From IMG/VR virus record IMGVR_UViG_3300035661_004061: a stretch of 64,000 nucleotides of DNA, one strand, 5' to 3'. The notes beneath the pieces are model-generated. The model was given only the letters and a program-made list of their open reading frames with translations, was not told the DNA's origin and did no database searches. Below, piece by piece: positions 60,308 to 64,000 of the stretch. Source of the DNA: an uncultured virus (IMG/VR IMGVR_UViG_3300035661_004061) (taxonomy: Duplodnaviria; Heunggongvirae; Uroviricota; Caudoviricetes). Each line of letters begins with the position of its first letter. The stretch's first letter is position 1. The position numbers and the translations under genes are program-made.

Positions 60308-61669
60308 TTAATTTTCTTCATTATTTTTTTTAATATAATATTGATTTCTTCCTTTTCTTTTTGCATAATATAAAGCTTCATCAGATTCTTTTAATAATTC
60401 TTCCTTTGAAATTACTCGATTATCTAAAATACTTATTCCTATACTTATAGTTATGATTTCATTGGTATCTGAAAATTCATGTTTAATTTTTAAATTTTTA
60501 ATCGATTTCAATAATTCTTCCGCAATTATTTTAACACCTTCTTCGTGAATATCTTCTAAAATTATTGAAAATTCTTCTCCTCCATAACGTGCTACAAAAT
60601 CATTAGGACGTTTGATTGTATTTTTTAAAGCTTTTGCAACCCGTATAAGTGTTTTATCACCTTCTGCATGACCATAATTATCATTATATAATTTAAAATG
60701 ATCTACATCTATCATCATGACAGCTAAATTATAAGAATGTCTTAAACTATCTTTATATAATTTTTCTAATTGTAAGTCAAAACAACGTCTATTAGAAATT
60801 TGTGTCAACCCGTCCAATAAAGATATTTTTTCTAATTCTTCACTTTTATCTCTTAATTGGTGTTCAATTTCTTTTTGTTTAGAAATATTAGTAATAACCC
60901 CTATTAATCCAGTTATTTCATTATTTTTATTGATAATAGACGATTTATGAAAAATAACATGATGATTTATTCCTTGAAAATCAGTAATATTTGTTTCATA
61001 AATTTGTTCTATATTGTTTTCTAATAACTCTTTATCACGAAGATAATATTCATTAGCTATTTCTTTTGTATTTAGATCAAAAACATTTTTTCCTATAATT
61101 TTTTTTTCATCTTCTCCAAAAAAATCTTGATAAGCTTTATTAAATCCTGTATAAACACCATTTTTATCCATATAAAATATAGGAACTGGTATAGAATTAA
61201 TTAAATATTTAAAAAATGTATGTTGTTTGTCATATTCATTTTCTAATTTTTCTTTAAGTTCGTTTTTACTTGAAGAAACTAAATCATTTAATTTTAATAA
61301 CATCGACTTTTCAGTTAATACTTTATTTCCAAATAATTTATCATCACTTATGTCTTCAATAATTTCATTAGACAAAACAATAATTACATAATTATCAAAA
61401 TATATTTTTTTGAACTTTCTATTTTTATTATTAATAGTAATAGTAATTTCATTAATATTTTTATCATTAAAAAAATTTTCAAAAATACCATAATTATCAA
61501 TCATTAAAAATTCAATTGTTTTAAATTTAGAAATATCTTCAATATTTAAATCATTATTATTAAAAAATTTTTGATTCATATAAACTATTTCTAAATTATT
61601 ATTTAAAATAATAGCTTCATTTTCAAAAACATTTATTAAATTATATAATTCTTTATTATGATGTTCCAT
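60308..61669 (-). CDS. PAS-domain diguanylate cyclase
   Basis: PAS (PIFYMDKNGVYTGFNKAY), DGLTQISNRR, DVDHFKLYNDNYGH, RPND I-site, RYGGEEF. Confidence 0.95.
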   Translation of the reverse strand: MEHHNKELYNLINVFENEAIILNNNLEIVYMNQKFFNNNDLNIEDISKFKTIEFLMIDNYGIFENFFNDKNINEITITINNKNRKFKKIYFDNYVIIVLSNEIIEDISDDKLFGNKVLTEKSMLLKLNDLVSSSKNELKEKLENEYDKQHTFFKYLINSIPVPIFYMDKNGVYTGFNKAYQDFFGEDEKKIIGKNVFDLNTKEIANEYYLRDKELLENNIEQIYETNITDFQGINHHVIFHKSSIINKNNEITGLIGVITNISKQKEIEHQLRDKSEELEKISLLDGLTQISNRRCFDLQLEKLYKDSLRHSYNLAVMMIDVDHFKLYNDNYGHAEGDKTLIRVAKALKNTIKRPNDFVARYGGEEFSIILEDIHEEGVKIIAEELLKSIKNLKIKHEFSDTNEIITISIGISILDNRVISKEELLKESDEALYYAKRKGRNQYYIKKNNEEN

Positions 61670-61765
61670 AATTTCCTCTTATGATTTATTTATATAATAA
61701 TTATAAAAAAATTTTAAAATTTAAAAAGAATATCTTTAAATAATAATTAATATTTTTTGAAAAAA

Positions 61766-62671
61766 TTAGAATTTTAAAGAATAATTTTCTTCTATATTTA
61801 TATCTTTTAATAAAATTGTTTTTAAAAATAAATCATAATTAAAATCAACAGATATATATATCCCTGTATTAGTTTTAAATTCAGATCGCCATTTAGGAAT
61901 TTCTTCTTTATTATGACTTAATTCTACTTCTTTAAATTCTATAAGTTTATTTTTATTTTCAATAGCTAAAAAAGCTAATAAATCGTGCATAGGTTTGTTT
62001 CTATATTTTAAATCCATCAAAGAATAATAATTTAATAGTACATTTTCAAATAAACTATTGTTTTTTTTCAAAATTGTTTCTGTAACATTTGATTTATGAC
62101 AAATATTTTTTGAAATAAAATGTAAATTCGATTTGTGATTTTTTAATACATAATTTGTTGAAGATAAATCTAAATTTAAATTCCATGTTGGAACAGATTC
62201 TCTTTTTCTAAATTTTTTTAAGGCTATTTCATTTGGAATAATATTAGAACCAGCATAACCGCCTTGTATAAAAGCTTTTATGTATGGTTCTTTTTCAATC
62301 AATTTGGATAGTGTATATAAACTTCCTCCACAAAATACAATTAAATTTTTATCAATAATATTTTTATTTAAAAAATCATTTAATTTTATATATAAAGTTT
62401 TATCATTTATAATATCATTATATTCATATAATGATTTATGAATATTTTTATCGTTATCATAATTTGTTATATCACCAGATATAATTAATTTAACGTCATT
62501 ATAATTTAATTTTTTTAAAATATTCATTAATACATTAAGTTCTTCGTTAGAAGGATTGTGTATAGATATATATTTTATATTATAGTTATGTTCAATAGCA
62601 TAAATAAGTGTCAATATATCATCTATATCCTCCCTTATTTCAATGTCCATCCATATTTCTTTCTTTTTCAT
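61766..62671 (-). CDS. Nucleoside hydrolase-like protein (phage type)
   Basis: WMDIEIREDIDD, QGGYAG, TWNLNLD, SKNICH, MHDLLA. Confidence 0.7.
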   Translation of the reverse strand: MKKKEIWMDIEIREDIDDILTLIYAIEHNYNIKYISIHNPSNEELNVLMNILKKLNYNDVKLIISGDITNYDNDKNIHKSLYEYNDIINDKTLYIKLNDFLNKNIIDKNLIVFCGGSLYTLSKLIEKEPYIKAFIQGGYAGSNIIPNEIALKKFRKRESVPTWNLNLDLSSTNYVLKNHKSNLHFISKNICHKSNVTETILKKNNSLFENVLLNYYSLMDLKYRNKPMHDLLAFLAIENKNKLIEFKEVELSHNKEEIPKWRSEFKTNTGIYISVDFNYDLFLKTILLKDINIEENYSLKF

Positions 62672-62727
62672 TCTTTTTCCCTTAATTTACATTTTTATTT
62701 ATTTTGATTTATAATATCAAAATGACA

Positions 62728-63399
62728 TTAATTATACATATTCAAAAGAATATTGTAATCATAAAATCCATATAGACCACATGAAAAAAATTGATGAATT
62801 TCAATTAATTTTATTTCATTGTTCCTTAATATAGCAAAATCCATAGTATATGAATTATATTTATCAAAATTATTAATATATTTTTCAATTATATTAATAT
62901 TCGGAAATATTTTAAAATCACCTGAATAATTTTTAATACCAACTAATTTTTTTCTATATATGAAACAACGATATTCAGAAACAATTTCTAATGGTTCAGA
63001 AATTACATATATTCTTTCATCATCTGGTAAATGTATATATTTATCATAAATATCAGTAATACCTTTAAATATATCTTTTTCTTTAATAAAATCATCTCTT
63101 TTTATATCATTTTTAGTTCCAATTTTCAATTTTCTATCTATTAATTTAGGAAAATCTAAAAGATTAATAGGTTTTATATCAATATTAAAAAAATATTTAT
63201 AAAATTTCAAAACAAATTCTATACTTCCAATTGGTATATATTTTTTATATTTTTGATATTCTATTTTATCAATAGAAACTTTAATATATTTTATAGTGGT
63301 ATTGTTGTTGAGCCAATTATTTACTTTAATAGCTTCTAAAATTTGAAATGAAAAATCATATACTATTTCTTTGTTAATAATTTCTATTAGATATTTCAT
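62728..63399 (-). CDS. ATP-grasp domain protein (DUF4343/phage type)
   Basis: PIGSIEFV, FIK..FKG, SEYRCFI, YTMDFA, LIEIH..SCGLYG. Confidence 0.78.
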   Translation of the reverse strand: MKYLIEIINKEIVYDFSFQILEAIKVNNWLNNNTTIKYIKVSIDKIEYQKYKKYIPIGSIEFVLKFYKYFFNIDIKPINLLDFPKLIDRKLKIGTKNDIKRDDFIKEKDIFKGITDIYDKYIHLPDDERIYVISEPLEIVSEYRCFIYRKKLVGIKNYSGDFKIFPNINIIEKYINNFDKYNSYTMDFAILRNNEIKLIEIHQFFSCGLYGFYDYNILLNMYN

Positions 63400-63504
63400 T
63401 TAATTCCTTCTTATATATTTACATATTATATCAAAATAATAATACTATTTGATAATTATTAAAAATAATAATATAATTTCTTATCATTTGAAAATTAAAA
63501 ATTT

Positions 63505-64000
63505 TTAAAAAGCTTTATTTTTTAACTTCCAAATAATAATAGCATAAATGGCAGCTAAATAATTTCCAATTAACATTCCTATCATAATTCCTTGAAATCC
63601 CCCATATTTTTGTCCTATAATAGGAATTAAAAAAACTGAAATTATAGATCTAAACATTGATAAAGAAGTAGACCAATATCCCATTTTTTGTGCAGCAAAT
63701 CCAGATCTTATAATTGTATGTATTCCCCAAGGAATAAATCCAAAAGACAATAAAATCATTGTATAGATAGACCTGTTTATAGATTCTTGAGTTTCAAGAT
63801 ATAAATTTGATATATTATTAGAAAAAATAATAAATAAAAATGTTAAAAACAATGTATAATAAACAATAATTCTTAATGAAATATCAAAAGATTTTTTAAC
63901 TTTTAATTTGTTTTTTGAACCTATATATTTACTCATTAAAATCATTAATCCTGTACTTGTAGCACTAGCTACAACAACAAATAAAATTTCTAATTTGGTA
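63505..64000 (-). CDS. MATE family efflux transporter, C-terminal part (5' end outside the window)
   Basis: Frame open to the window edge (TKLEILFVVVASASATSTGLMILMSKYIGSKN..); TM helices; GFQGIMIGMLIGN. Confidence 0.8.
   Translation of the reverse strand, partial: TKLEILFVVVASATSTGLMILMSKYIGSKNKLKVKKSFDISLRIIVYYTLFLTFLFIIFSNNISNLYLETQESINRSIYTMILLSFGFIPWGIHTIIRSGFAAQKMGYWSTSLSMFRSIISVFLIPIIGQKYGGFQGIMIGMLIGNYLAAIYAIIIWKLKNKAF

Noticed and set aside
1..64000. tRNA, rRNA, CRISPR arrays, IS elements, virion or conjugation genes
   Set aside because: None recognised by eye; a tRNAscan/Infernal/HMM run is needed to exclude divergent examples

Overview
Extremely AT-rich (roughly 20% GC by eye, not computed), gene-dense 64 kb window with no rRNA, tRNA, CRISPR array, IS, virion or conjugation genes that I can recognise. 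It mixes three gene classes. (1) Phage/plasmid-type replication and nucleotide genes: divergent DnaB plus a DnaC-like loader, NAD-dependent ligase, NrdA, tandem ThyX, GuaC, dNMP kinase, 5'(3')-deoxyribonucleotidase, Rnl2-like ligase, PcfJ protein, a Hef-like endonuclease with a decayed paralogue, and two orphan DNA methyltransferases. (2) Host-type genes removed from their usual chromosomal context: clpP, clpX, terZ/terD, rlpA, mtgA, cspA, an ECF sigma factor, a diguanylate cyclase and an Hpt protein. (3) A scattered late-flagellar set (flgM, fliD-fliS-flaG, broken fliL); flgM and fliD each have a well-formed sigma-28 promoter. NrdA, FliD, FlgM and the DHH protein look Campylobacterota-like, so the best reading is a jumbo phage or megaplasmid-like element of a Campylobacterota host (inference). 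Leading candidates for undescribed biology are an element-borne, sigma-28-wired flagellar and motility remodelling module; a 2OG-oxygenase / HUP-fold / NMNAT-PRTase operon; a SLOG-Macro-DUF4326 fusion; a ClpX with rewritten substrate-recognition loops; and a recurring acidic-then-hydrophobic C-terminal tail on unrelated proteins. All family calls come from motif recognition by eye; no searches were run.
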